From positions 1 through 64,000 of the IMG/VR virus record IMGVR_UViG_3300029984_000001: DNA of 64,000 nt; one strand, 5' to 3'. The position numbers and the translations under genes are program-made. Of this stretch, positions 9,888 to 20,102 are shown piece after piece; position 1 is the stretch's first letter, and the number at the start of each line of letters is the position of its first letter. Under the pieces are notes generated by a model that was given only the letters and a program-made list of their open reading frames with translations, had not been told where the DNA came from and made no database searches.

Positions 9888-12800
9888 ATGATATTTATAG
9901 ACGAAATAAAATCTCTTAAGTTGTATAATAAACCTTTTTATCTTCCTATTAATCTAAAAGATAAGAAGAGAGGAAGTTCTGTATTTCTTTTAGGTAGAAA
10001 TACCTATCCAGATGGTAGTGGTTATGCTGCTGCTGATATATTATCATCTAATCCATTACTTAATAAAAAATATTTCGAATCTTATTATATAGAAAAAGAT
10101 GTTACTTTCTATATAAATAATGAAGGTTATGTAATGGTTGATAAAATGTCGAAAGTGTTAAATGAAGATAGTTTAGATAAGTTATCAACTGTATTTGGTA
10201 CTGCATCATCATTAAGTATGAGACATTACAAGAATAATGGGACAGATGATGATCCTAATATCGACAAAGACGATAAAGGACAACCAAAATTAAAAGAAGG
10301 CGAAATAAATCCAGATGACACTAAAGACAACAAATTAAAAGCGGATGTATCTAAATCCGAGGACGCTGAACCAACAAATCCAAATAGTACAGATAGTAGT
10401 AATGATAATATAGATACAAATGAAGATGATAAATCTAAATTAAAACAAGATTCAAGAATAAATATATGGGATGAATTAGATAAGGTAGAAGAAAAAGGTG
10501 GAAATAAACATGAATTAATATTTGAATTAACATTCAAAGATTATGATAATAATTATGAATCTCCACGTTCTAGAAATAGTTTATCTAAATATTCTTCTAT
10601 TAAAATACATGATAGTTCCCAATTTAAACATGTTAGAATAGGTAAGAATTATAACGGAAAAGCTTTTTATGATGGAGATGCTTTAGTGGGATATGTAAAT
10701 GTAAATAAAGATAATAATACTATTCAGGCTATGGAAGTGTCTAAAGAGTATCAAGGAACTGGTTTAGGTTCTCAAATATTAAATTTTGCTATAAAAAACC
10801 TCAATGCGACGAATCTTACTGTAAATAAAAAGAATAAAGTTGCTATTAATATGTACAAAAAAAGTGGTTTTGAAAGTTATGATGAGACTGAATATATGTG
10901 GTTTATGAAATTAAATAATAGTAAAGTTGTAAAAGAACAAGTTATGAATGAGTTTTCTAGTTATGAAATGATAAGTGATTTTATGGGTATGATTAAACAA
11001 GCTAAAATAGATGCTTATAATAAAGAATGTCAAGAAAGAGCTTTACAAAATAGATTGATGTTAGAAAATGGAGTTATATCTGAAGGTAATTTTGAGCAAG
11101 AATTAGTTCCAGACGAATTTATAGGTAAAATAGAAGACTCTCTTACTGGTGGTTTCATAGAGTTTGTAAAAGAAGATTGTTCTGTTGTGTTGGGAATTAA
11201 GAGTGAGTTAGAATATATGAATGAAAATATAAATTCTAGTTATAAAAATAAAATTCATAATCTATTATATAATGATAGATTTAAAACTCCTAAAGAAGTT
11301 TTAAATCAGTATGATACTGTAAAAGAAAAAAATTCTGATATAAAATATACTTATTTAAATTATGATAAATATGTTGGAAAAAACTTGTTTATAGATTTAT
11401 CTTTTTATAATGACTCTTTCTATAAAAATAATTCACTTACAAATGACAAAGCTGTAGATTTCTATATTGATTTTATAAAAAGATTAATATTAGATAAAAG
11501 ATTAGATGGTATTTATAATAAGAGAACTATACTTATACCGTTAGACCATGTTATAGAAGATAAGAGAGATTTAATTTATACTCAAAGTATAAATATATTA
11601 TCTTGTATTATAAGAATGATTAATGATAAACATCCTGATGGTTTATGGGATTTTAAAGGTATAGAATTTTTATTATTATCCAATAATGGATATATGAAAT
11701 TTGAACCTGATAAATTGACTAAAGAAGATATTCCTAAATTTGAAAGTCTATTAATAAAATTTGTCAATAAAGAACCGATAGTTGATGATAGTAACATAAA
11801 AGATTCACCGCAAGCTATAGTCGCTAATATATCGGATAAAATTGAAACTTCACAAGGTATTAAGATACATAATCTTACAGGACAAAGTGGAGATAAGAAT
11901 ATAGATGATATAATTAATAAAGTATCAGATGTAGCATCTAAATCTATGTCAGAGGATGAAACTCTGGATAAATTAAATGATAATGATACAGATGATTTCA
12001 AGAATTTAGTTTTAAAAGCAGCTGTAACAAATGGTGAGGTAAAAATCAATGCAAGTAGACAAGCTAGATTAAATAAAGTACATGAAGAATTTATGAATGT
12101 AAAGATAAAGAATAAAACAGTAAAAGAATTATTATCTAAAGAAGATGAGAATAAGGAGTTACCCACTTTATCTTTAAATAATAAAATAGATACAGTAAAT
12201 GAGGAGTGGAATGATTTAAAATTTGTGAATTTCAATACTGTGTATGATATAAATAAAGATATAGTAGATATTCTAAATTCATTATCTACTAAGAAAAATC
12301 CTATTATGGTTAGGGATATACAAATAGAAGATACATCAACTTCTGAAGATATGGTGGAGACATGGACTGTTAAAATGGAAGATGCACATGGTCAAAGATT
12401 TAGTTTCGTATTTGAATTACCTAAATTTAAAGATAAAAGTTCATTATTTCTAAGAGGTAATAAGAAAAAGATCTCTGGACAATATGTATTAATCCCTATA
12501 TCTAAAACAGATGTTTATACAGCTCAAATTGTATCTAATTATAAAAAGATATTTATTAGAAGATTTGGATTGTCTGCTCCAGGAAAATCTTATCCAACTG
12601 CTGATTTGATTTATAAAACTTTATCTAAAAACGAATTTAAAGGATTAAAAATAACTCCAGGAGATAATACTAAAATATCTAATAAGTATGATCTTCCAAT
12701 GGATTATATAGATTTAGCTACTATATATTCTACAATAGAAACACCTAATACTATTATATATTTTAATCAAGATGAAATTAATAAAAAATATAAAGATAAA

Positions 12801-15116
12801 ATAGATAATAATAAAGGTTTACCATTTGCTGTAAATAAATCTAATAATAATATTATATATTGGAATGATAATGTTGTATTATCTGATATGATTTCTACTC
12901 AAATAAGTGTAGATATAAAAGATTATAAAGAATCTTTTGATTTACAAAAAACTAGTACTAAATACCATTATTCACAAGCAAGTATACTAGCATCAAAAAT
13001 TCCATTAATTGTTGTATTAGGTTACAATGAGGGTTTAACAAAAGTATTAGATAAATCAAAGATAGTATATAATATGCAAGAAAAAAGACCTTCTATAAAT
13101 AATACATTTGAAGATTACATAAAGTTTAAAGATGGATATATCGTCTATACCTTAACTTATGATTCTTCATTATTAATGAATGGGTTGAAAGAATGTAATA
13201 CAGAGGACTATTCTTTAACTGAAATAGATAATCCTACGATGTTTTTAGATTTCTTAGATATTTATGGAGGTAGAATATTAGCCGATGGTCTGGATAACTT
13301 TTATGAGTTAATGATAGATGGGATAACAGAAGATGTATTAGAAAGATATAATTTACCGACAGATTATGTTACACTTTGCTTACTAGCAAATAAATTGTTA
13401 GTGGATAATAAGTATATAGCTCATACTAATCCTGAAAGTAATCGTTATAGAAGTAATGAATTACTAGCTGGTTATGCGTATCAATGTATAGCTACGTCTT
13501 ATGGTGATTATAAGACATTTATTAAAAAGGGTAAGACTAAACCTATGACTATGAAGAGAACAGCTATTATAGATGCTATATTATTAGACTCAACTTGTGG
13601 GGATAAATCTGTATTAAATGAAATAATGGATTGGGAAGATGAATGTGCTTTATCTCATAAAGGTCTATCTGGTATGAACAATGATAGATCATATTCTTTA
13701 GATAAGAGAACTTATAATAAAAATATGATTAATCTTGTAGCTATGTCTACTGGATTTGCTGGTAATGTTGGAGTTAATCGTTCTTGTACAATAGATTCTA
13801 ATGTTCAAGGGAAAAGGGGATATCTTAAAATAGATCATAATGAGGATCAGTATTCTATTACCAAGACATTTTGTCCTACAGAAGCATTGACTCCTTATGG
13901 AACTACTTCTGATGATCCTTTTAGATCAGCTATGACATTTATACAAACAGGTTCTCATAGTATGAGAGTTAAAAAAGGTATGCCTAATTTAGTTACTAAT
14001 GGAGCAGACCAAGCGATGCCTTACTTTACATCAAACACATTCTCTTATAATTGTAAAGCTGATGGTGAGGTTGCAGAATTAACAGATTCATATATGGTGT
14101 TGAGATATAAAGATGGTACTCATGAATTTATAAGTTTAGAAGAAAAGGTAGAAAAGAACTCTAATGGTGGTATTTATATTACTATTAAATTAGACCCTTG
14201 TGTTAAACAAGGTCAAAAAATAAAAGCTAAAGATATAGTTGCTTATGATAAATTATCATACTCTAATAAAGTTGGGGATGGACGTAATCCTGCCTACTCT
14301 GGTTATGTAATATGTAAAATGGCTGTAATGAATACTGAGGAAGGTTATGAAGATAGTACAGTCATTTCTGATTGGTTATCAGATGCAATGGCTTCTGATG
14401 TTGTAATAAAGAAAGAAGTTATAATACCTAAAGATTCTAATATTCTTTCTATGGTAAAGAAAGGTCAACCTATTAAAGAAGGAGATTCTTTAATGGTATT
14501 CCAAAATGCATATGATCAAGAGGATGTAAATATATTATTAAAGAATTTATCCGATGATGAGGATGGTATTTCTGAATTAGGAAGAATTCCAATTAAATCT
14601 CATGTTGAAGGAATTGTACAAGATATAAAGATTTCTAGAACAGTAGAAATAGATCAATTATCTGAATCATTACAAAAAATAGTTAAAGCGTATGAAAAAC
14701 CAATTAGAGATAAAAAACAAATATTAAGTAAATATGATATTCCTAATAATGGTTTATTAGATGCCGATTATAAATTAGATAGTACTGGTAAATTGAAGAA
14801 TGTAGATGAAGGTTTATTAATAGAAATATTCTGTAAGTATGAAGATAAGCTATCTACAGGTGATAAGCAGGTGGCATACTCAGCATTAAAAGGAGTAGTT
14901 AAAGGAATGTATCCAAAAGGGATGGAACCTTTCAGTGAATTTAGACCTGATGAGAAAATACATACAATTACCGCTGTGGAAGGAATTTTAGCTCGTATGA
15001 TTGGCAGCCTTGAAAAAGTAGGTAGTATAAATAAAGGTTTAATAGAATTGGATAGATTGGTTAAAGACAAACTAGGAATTAAATGGAAATATCTAGAAGA
15101 GATGATGGAAAACTAA
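9888..15116 (+). CDS. rpoB: Split multisubunit RNA polymerase beta subunit (likely virion RNAP) with a long N-terminal extension containing a GNAT domain
   Basis: FELPKF..LRGNKKKISGQ; ALTPYGTTSDDPFRSAMTFIQ (cf. [20 protein letters not shown]); VMNTEEGYEDS (cf. GYNFEDS); GDK..LKGVV (cf. GDK..NKGVI). Ends before the bacterial beta C-terminal clamp segment, as in phiKZ/AR9-type split RNAPs. Confidence 0.92.
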   Translation: MIFIDEIKSLKLYNKPFYLPINLKDKKRGSSVFLLGRNTYPDGSGYAAADILSSNPLLNKKYFESYYIEKDVTFYINNEGYVMVDKMSKVLNEDSLDKLSTVFGTASSLSMRHYKNNGTDDDPNIDKDDKGQPKLKEGEINPDDTKDNKLKADVSKSEDAEPTNPNSTDSSNDNIDTNEDDKSKLKQDSRINIWDELDKVEEKGGNKHELIFELTFKDYDNNYESPRSRNSLSKYSSIKIHDSSQFKHVRIGKNYNGKAFYDGDALVGYVNVNKDNNTIQAMEVSKEYQGTGLGSQILNFAIKNLNATNLTVNKKNKVAINMYKKSGFESYDETEYMWFMKLNNSKVVKEQVMNEFSSYEMISDFMGMIKQAKIDAYNKECQERALQNRLMLENGVISEGNFEQELVPDEFIGKIEDSLTGGFIEFVKEDCSVVLGIKSELEYMNENINSSYKNKIHNLLYNDRFKTPKEVLNQYDTVKEKNSDIKYTYLNYDKYVGKNLFIDLSFYNDSFYKNNSLTNDKAVDFYIDFIKRLILDKRLDGIYNKRTILIPLDHVIEDKRDLIYTQSINILSCIIRMINDKHPDGLWDFKGIEFLLLSNNGYMKFEPDKLTKEDIPKFESLLIKFVNKEPIVDDSNIKDSPQAIVANISDKIETSQGIKIHNLTGQSGDKNIDDIINKVSDVASKSMSEDETLDKLNDNDTDDFKNLVLKAAVTNGEVKINASRQARLNKVHEEFMNVKIKNKTVKELLSKEDENKELPTLSLNNKIDTVNEEWNDLKFVNFNTVYDINKDIVDILNSLSTKKNPIMVRDIQIEDTSTSEDMVETWTVKMEDAHGQRFSFVFELPKFKDKSSLFLRGNKKKISGQYVLIPISKTDVYTAQIVSNYKKIFIRRFGLSAPGKSYPTADLIYKTLSKNEFKGLKITPGDNTKISNKYDLPMDYIDLATIYSTIETPNTIIYFNQDEINKKYKDKIDNNKGLPFAVNKSNNNIIYWNDNVVLSDMISTQISVDIKDYKESFDLQKTSTKYHYSQASILASKIPLIVVLGYNEGLTKVLDKSKIVYNMQEKRPSINNTFEDYIKFKDGYIVYTLTYDSSLLMNGLKECNTEDYSLTEIDNPTMFLDFLDIYGGRILADGLDNFYELMIDGITEDVLERYNLPTDYVTLCLLANKLLVDNKYIAHTNPESNRYRSNELLAGYAYQCIATSYGDYKTFIKKGKTKPMTMKRTAIIDAILLDSTCGDKSVLNEIMDWEDECALSHKGLSGMNNDRSYSLDKRTYNKNMINLVAMSTGFAGNVGVNRSCTIDSNVQGKRGYLKIDHNEDQYSITKTFCPTEALTPYGTTSDDPFRSAMTFIQTGSHSMRVKKGMPNLVTNGADQAMPYFTSNTFSYNCKADGEVAELTDSYMVLRYKDGTHEFISLEEKVEKNSNGGIYITIKLDPCVKQGQKIKAKDIVAYDKLSYSNKVGDGRNPAYSGYVICKMAVMNTEEGYEDSTVISDWLSDAMASDVVIKKEVIIPKDSNILSMVKKGQPIKEGDSLMVFQNAYDQEDVNILLKNLSDDEDGISELGRIPIKSHVEGIVQDIKISRTVEIDQLSESLQKIVKAYEKPIRDKKQILSKYDIPNNGLLDADYKLDSTGKLKNVDEGLLIEIFCKYEDKLSTGDKQVAYSALKGVVKGMYPKGMEPFSEFRPDEKIHTITAVEGILARMIGSLEKVGSINKGLIELDRLVKDKLGIKWKYLEEMMEN

Positions 15117-15131
15117 TAATGCAATAACTTA

Positions 15132-15157
15132 ATATAGGAGGGAAAACCCTCCTATAT
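15132..15157 (+). terminator. Intrinsic terminator
   Basis: 11-bp stem ATATAGGAGGG/CCCTCCTATAT with AAAA loop, followed by ATTTT. Confidence 0.8.
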
Positions 15158-15174
15158 ATTTTAACTTTATCTAC

Positions 15175-15187
15175 AATTATATATTAT
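15175..15187 (+). promoter_or_regulatory. Early-type promoter motif RRYTR-TATATTAT
   Basis: AATTATATATTAT between the terminator and the RBS of 15234. Confidence 0.6.
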
Positions 15188-15233
15188 TATATTGAATACA
15201 TATATTATATTTTAGAAGGAGGACTAATATATT

Positions 15234-15464
15234 ATGAACATATTTCAAGTAACAGCTCCATATGATCAATATACAATAATAATAACAGAAGATATGATAA
15301 AAGTTTTAGAACAAGAGGTATTAGATGAATTAGGTGAAACATCTATGATAACTGTTTGGTTAGATGGTAAGGTATTAGAAAAAATTAAAATAGAAAATGA
15401 TGTAGTTTCTTATGATGAAATTTATCTTAAAATAATAAAATATGAGAATAAGAAAGGAGAATGA
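15234..15464 (+). CDS. Hypothetical protein
   Basis: AAGGAGG RBS, 76 aa. Confidence 0.7.
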   Translation: MNIFQVTAPYDQYTIIITEDMIKVLEQEVLDELGETSMITVWLDGKVLEKIKIENDVVSYDEIYLKIIKYENKKGE

Positions 15465-15889
15465 TTAATATGATAAAAGAGGTATTTCCACACAAATTTG
15501 AAATTATAAAAGGTGAGGAGGGTAATTTAAAAATTAAAATTGAAGATAGACATGGTAAAAGAGGAGTATCTAAAATAAAAATGAAAGATGGTACAGATGC
15601 TAATATATTTATTATTAATGAAGATGTTGGAGTACTCAAAAATTTTATAATATGTAAATTAGAAGATGATAATAAAACATGTAATATTATATACAGAATA
15701 AATGTAGATGTAGATAAATTGGTTGAAGATAAAAAAGTTATATACGATTACATAAAAGAAATAAAAGATGATGGTCAAACTGAATTACTCACATTTATGT
15801 TTCATGTTTTAAAACAACATAGAAAATATGAAATGTTTCGTACTGATAGGATTAAAGGAGAATCAGATCACCCTAAATCAAATAAATAA
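15461..15889 (+). CDS. Hypothetical protein, paralog of 16893-17219
   Basis: NIFII..IICKLEDDNKTCNIIYRINV shared with the 16893 ORF. Confidence 0.7.
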   Translation: MINMIKEVFPHKFEIIKGEEGNLKIKIEDRHGKRGVSKIKMKDGTDANIFIINEDVGVLKNFIICKLEDDNKTCNIIYRINVDVDKLVEDKKVIYDYIKEIKDDGQTELLTFMFHVLKQHRKYEMFRTDRIKGESDHPKSNK

Positions 15890-15965
15890 TTTATAATAGA
15901 GGGGAATAGATTCCCTTCTTTATTTTTTGTGTAAAAGCATTAATATATGATTATATATTATATAG

Positions 15966-16703
15966 ATGAGTAAATATATAATATTTAATTTGAAGGGGAG
16001 ATTTAAAATGATAGAAAATAATTTTAAACAAAGTAGAGAAGAAATATTAAAAAGAATTTCAAAAGAACTTAGAGTTCCATTAATACCAATAAAAAGATTA
16101 AAAGTAATTGAAGATGATAATGTATTGGCTAGATTTAAATTAACTATATCTAAGGAATATGTATCTCAAGTAATAGGTGATTTATATAACCTTACATATA
16201 AAGGTTTAAATGATGATATTATAATTGCTTCAAAGAATATAGATAAAGCCTATATAATATTTATCATGAAATATAAACTGAAAGGTAAATTAAAAGAAAT
16301 ATTAAAATCAAAAGTAGGGAGTTATAATTTATCTAATAGTAAATTAGATAGATTAGCTAAAGATAATATTCCAACTAATACAATAGATAGAGTAAGTACT
16401 AAAGAAAAGTATTTAAACAAGATATCTTCTATGATACCAGTTGAGGGTTTAGAAAAAATTTCTAATTTAATAGATGAATTGGGTGAAGGTGAATATTTCC
16501 ATTATAAGGAGATGTTTAATAATTTTTGTAGAATGAAATTACCAGAATTAGAATATTCATGTTTAAGATGTAATGGTAGGGATGTAATTGGATGTAATTG
16601 GAATCGTGATTTTACGATACAAATGATAAGAATTATGATAGATTCATCTGATCTCAGAAAAGAGACTAAAACATTATATTTAAAATTTGTAAATTTATTA
16701 TAA
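15966..16703 (+). CDS. Hypothetical protein (likely start ATG 16008)
   Basis: Long ORF; AAGGGGAG RBS before MIENN. Confidence 0.65.
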   Translation: MSKYIIFNLKGRFKMIENNFKQSREEILKRISKELRVPLIPIKRLKVIEDDNVLARFKLTISKEYVSQVIGDLYNLTYKGLNDDIIIASKNIDKAYIIFIMKYKLKGKLKEILKSKVGSYNLSNSKLDRLAKDNIPTNTIDRVSTKEKYLNKISSMIPVEGLEKISNLIDELGEGEYFHYKEMFNNFCRMKLPELEYSCLRCNGRDVIGCNWNRDFTIQMIRIMIDSSDLRKETKTLYLKFVNLL

Positions 16704-16892
16704 TATTATTACATAGGAGGATTTTATTCTTCCTAATTTTTTTATGATTATATATTATATATATGAGTAGTATATAGAAATTATTATAAAGGAGTGTTTA
16801 TAAATGATTTGCGAGAGACTATTAAAAGATATAAAAAGACAAGATATAGGTATAGGTAAGGTAGTAAACCAGAAGGAGCGTTATTCCACTCT

Positions 16893-17219
16893 ATGATTTT
16901 AGTTGATGGTAAACGAACTGGATTGTTTACTGTTAATATGAATAATCAAACAGATAAAGTTAATATTTTTATAATACCAGAGATAGGAAATAAATTTGAT
17001 GGTAATATCTTGATATGCAAGTTAGAAGAAGACAACCGTTGTTACATATTATATAAAATACATATTTCAATTTTTGATTTATTAGAAAGTGATTACTATA
17101 GATTTTTATACTCTACAGAAATATTAAAAGATAATGAAAAAGGAATAGGAGTTGTATTTTTATCTACATTAAGAGTGAGAAAAAGAATACTTACTAGGTT
17201 TTATAAAGGAGAGATTTAA
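16893..17219 (+). CDS. Hypothetical protein, paralog of 15461; possibly the 3-prime part of a frameshifted gene starting at 16804
   Basis: NIFII..ILICKLEEDNRCYILYKIHI; a 30-codon ORF 16804-16896 with a strong RBS overlaps it by ATGA. Confidence 0.6.
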   Translation: MILVDGKRTGLFTVNMNNQTDKVNIFIIPEIGNKFDGNILICKLEEDNRCYILYKIHISIFDLLESDYYRFLYSTEILKDNEKGIGVVFLSTLRVRKRILTRFYKGEI

Positions 17220-17220
17220 T

Positions 17221-17820
17221 ATGAAAAATAATAAAGAAATTATGACATCAATGACTTTAAGATTATCTTTAGAAACAAAGAATAAATTTTCTAAATGGTG
17301 TAGAGTTGGAAATATAACTCAGGGTGATGGTTTAACTAAGTTGTTTAATAATTATAAGGGAGATAATTCAATTGATGGTATTAATGAAGATACAAATAAT
17401 ATCACTTTATTATTAAGATATCAAGATTATATAAATGATAAACATTTAGAATCAAAAAGATATATATGTAATGATGGTGAGGTTTTATATAAATCTAAAA
17501 TAAATAAAATTTATATAAATAATATTGAGGATAAATGGAAGCATACGTTATCTGAATCTGGTTATGAATTTATGTCTTATGATTTTAAATTAATAAAAGA
17601 GAATGATAAGGATAGATATTTAATTCATCAAAATTTTTATATAGGAAATGAATATAAAGCGGTATTTAATATAATGAATATACATATAGTGAAAGATTAT
17701 ATTGATATTATAAAGATAATAGAAAAATATACTAGAGAAGAAGATAAAGATAAAATTGAAATGTTGCTTGCTAAAGAAATGACCGACGAAGAATTTGAAG
17801 ATTATCTTAATAAAAATTAA
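17221..17820 (+). CDS. Hypothetical protein, possible N-terminal ribbon-helix-helix DNA-binding motif
   Basis: SMTLRLSLETKNKFSKWCRVGNITQGDGLTKL pattern; AAGGAG RBS. Confidence 0.45.
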   Translation: MKNNKEIMTSMTLRLSLETKNKFSKWCRVGNITQGDGLTKLFNNYKGDNSIDGINEDTNNITLLLRYQDYINDKHLESKRYICNDGEVLYKSKINKIYINNIEDKWKHTLSESGYEFMSYDFKLIKENDKDRYLIHQNFYIGNEYKAVFNIMNIHIVKDYIDIIKIIEKYTREEDKDKIEMLLAKEMTDEEFEDYLNKN

Positions 17821-17841
17821 ATTTAAAGGAGAGATTTAAAC

Positions 17842-18063
17842 ATGACTTTATCAACAAACAGATTAAAACTAATCAGAAGTTTTAAACAATTAACACCAGA
17901 TGTTTGTAAAAATGAAACAGATAATATTATCAAAGAAAGAAGATTAAAATGTATAAAGTATTTAGAATCTTTAGATACTGAAAGGATATTGGAAAATGAA
18001 ATAGATAAAGCTTTTGATATAGATAATGGTAAAATCGAATATGAAATTGAGGAGGATGAATAA
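17842..18063 (+). CDS. Hypothetical protein
   Basis: AAGGAG RBS. Confidence 0.65.
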   Translation: MTLSTNRLKLIRSFKQLTPDVCKNETDNIIKERRLKCIKYLESLDTERILENEIDKAFDIDNGKIEYEIEEDE

Positions 18064-18065
18064 AA

Positions 18066-18379
18066 TGGATAAAGATTTATCTATTAAATCTATTTTCGAT
18101 AAATTAAAAATAGTGAAATTACACTCACCATTTGAAGATTATTTGATTAAGAACAATTTACATTATACTAAATATCTTGATACTTATAGTATAAGTAATT
18201 CAAATTCTGATATTAATAAAATAATATTAAATAAATCTTGTGTTAGTATTAATATTATTTCAGATATAAATGATATGGCAGAGGAGATGAAAAGGTTAAA
18301 TGATATAGTGAAATTATTAGAGTATTATTTTAAAGTAGAAATGTATAAGAGTATTAGACCAGAATTTTGGAAAGGATAA
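18066..18379 (+). CDS. Hypothetical protein
   Basis: GAGGAGG RBS before ATG 18066 (track starts at 18026). Confidence 0.6.
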
Positions 18380-18393
18380 AATAAATAAGGAGT

Positions 18394-18927
18394 TTGATTG
18401 GAGAGATGAATAAGAAAAAGTTTATATCGTATCTTAAACATAATGGTTTTAAAGTAATAGATAAAGATAAAGAAATATTTATAGGAACAAATAATCCAGC
18501 TAATATTACTAATGTAGGAGTTACTTATAATTATATTACTCATAAAATATTTATAGAGGAATTTAGAGATATATCTATAGAGGATTTATTAAACATATGT
18601 ATTGTAATAGATGAATATAATCATGTAGAACAATTCTTTGATACTGAAGGAGTAACAGAAAAGTTTAAGAATCCTTTAAGTATATTTATGTGTAAGAAAA
18701 ATAAATATGAGGAGTATGAACAAGAGTTTCAAAAGTTTGTATTGGAATTGGAGTGTTGTAATAATAAATATAGAGAAAGTAATATAAAATTGATTGATGG
18801 GTTATTTATAGATACTAGAGGTTTATCTATAAAGAATAAAATAAAATTTCAAATAAAAAAGTCAGAAGAAATAGATGATAAGACTAAAGAAATTTATGTA
18901 ACTTTAGCAGAAAAGAAATGTAAATAA
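18394..18927 (+). CDS. Hypothetical protein
   Basis: 177-aa ORF within the operon. Confidence 0.6.
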   Translation: MIGEMNKKKFISYLKHNGFKVIDKDKEIFIGTNNPANITNVGVTYNYITHKIFIEEFRDISIEDLLNICIVIDEYNHVEQFFDTEGVTEKFKNPLSIFMCKKNKYEEYEQEFQKFVLELECCNNKYRESNIKLIDGLFIDTRGLSIKNKIKFQIKKSEEIDDKTKEIYVTLAEKKCK

Positions 18928-18944
18928 GAGGGGATGAATTAAAT

Positions 18945-19487
18945 ATGAGTAAAAATTTATGTATATTCTGTGTAAATCAAAAAGAATGTAAATCTTGTAA
19001 AGATGAAGATAAACTTATTCCTAATGATAATATTATTAGTTATTTTAAAATGAGCCATGATTATGTAGATGGAACAGTAGTATATGAATATTATTACGAT
19101 TCTTTGAATAGTAATTTAAAATCCACTAAGTCTGTAATTATGAATGATACTGAGAGATGTCCATATTGTGGTAACATTAAACTTACTATTCAATCTAAAG
19201 AAGATATATACACAACAATAGGATCTTGTTGTTTATGTGAAGGAGCTATCAATGAAATAAAATATAATGAAGATTTGAAGAAGTTGAATGATGAATATAA
19301 TAATAATAAAAATGATTTATTAAATAAATACAAAGACTTATTAAAGTATGATTTACAAACGTTATTTGAGATTAAACAAAGAGTTGAATTAAAAAGATTT
19401 AATTTCTTCAATAAAGATTCAACTTATAATACTTTGAATACATTCGGAGGAAAAGATTCAATGAAAATAGAAGATATATTATTTTAA
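18945..19487 (+). CDS. Cys-rich putative zinc-binding protein
   Basis: CIFC..CKSC, CPYC, CCLC motifs; GAGGGG RBS. Confidence 0.6.
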   Translation: MSKNLCIFCVNQKECKSCKDEDKLIPNDNIISYFKMSHDYVDGTVVYEYYYDSLNSNLKSTKSVIMNDTERCPYCGNIKLTIQSKEDIYTTIGSCCLCEGAINEIKYNEDLKKLNDEYNNNKNDLLNKYKDLLKYDLQTLFEIKQRVELKRFNFFNKDSTYNTLNTFGGKDSMKIEDILF

Positions 19488-19490
19488 CTT

Positions 19491-19513
19491 AATAGGGGAG
19501 TTGTTCCCCTATT
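19491..19513 (+). terminator. Intrinsic terminator
   Basis: AATAGGGGA/TCCCCTATT stem followed by ATTTTTT. Confidence 0.75.
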
Positions 19514-19567
19514 ATTTTTTATATTACATAGACATAAACTTTGTATTAGGGAGAGGAGGGATTTAAT

Positions 19568-20085
19568 ATGTTAATAAATAGAGTTTGGAATATGCCATCT
19601 AAAAATACTTTTGAAATTCTACCTATAAAACAATTAATTTCAAAATATATAATTGGTAAAGAGGTGGTTATAGATCCTTTTGCTAATAAAAATACTATAG
19701 CAAATATAACAAACGATCTAGATCCTCAATATGATACTATATTTAATAAAGATGCTGTAGATTTCTTAAAAATAATACCATCAGATTCAGTTGATATGGT
19801 ACTATACGATCCACCTTATTCATCTAGGCAAGTGTCTGAATCTTACAAGAAATTAGGAATGAGTGTAGATAAAACTACAACTCAATCTAGTTATTGGAGT
19901 GAGCAGAAAAAAGAGATAGCAAGAGTTACAACAAAAGGTGCTATAGTTATTTCTTTTGGTTGGAATAGTTGTGGTGTGGGAAAGGTCAGAGGTTTTGAAA
20001 TTATAGAAATATTAATGGTCAGTCATGGTGTCATGGTGGGAATCATTATGATACAATATGTACAGTAGAACAAAAAATAATATAA
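19568..20085 (+). pseudogene. Compact DNA adenine methyltransferase, frameshifted near its C-terminus by an 8-bp tandem duplication
   Basis: IDPFAN and DPPY motifs; TCATGGTG duplicated at 20023-20038; removing one copy restores [18 protein letters not shown] (stop 20083-20085), like the family C-terminus HGG.HNDTI.TVE. Confidence 0.85.
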
Positions 20086-20102
20086 GAAATGAGGAATTAA
20101 AA

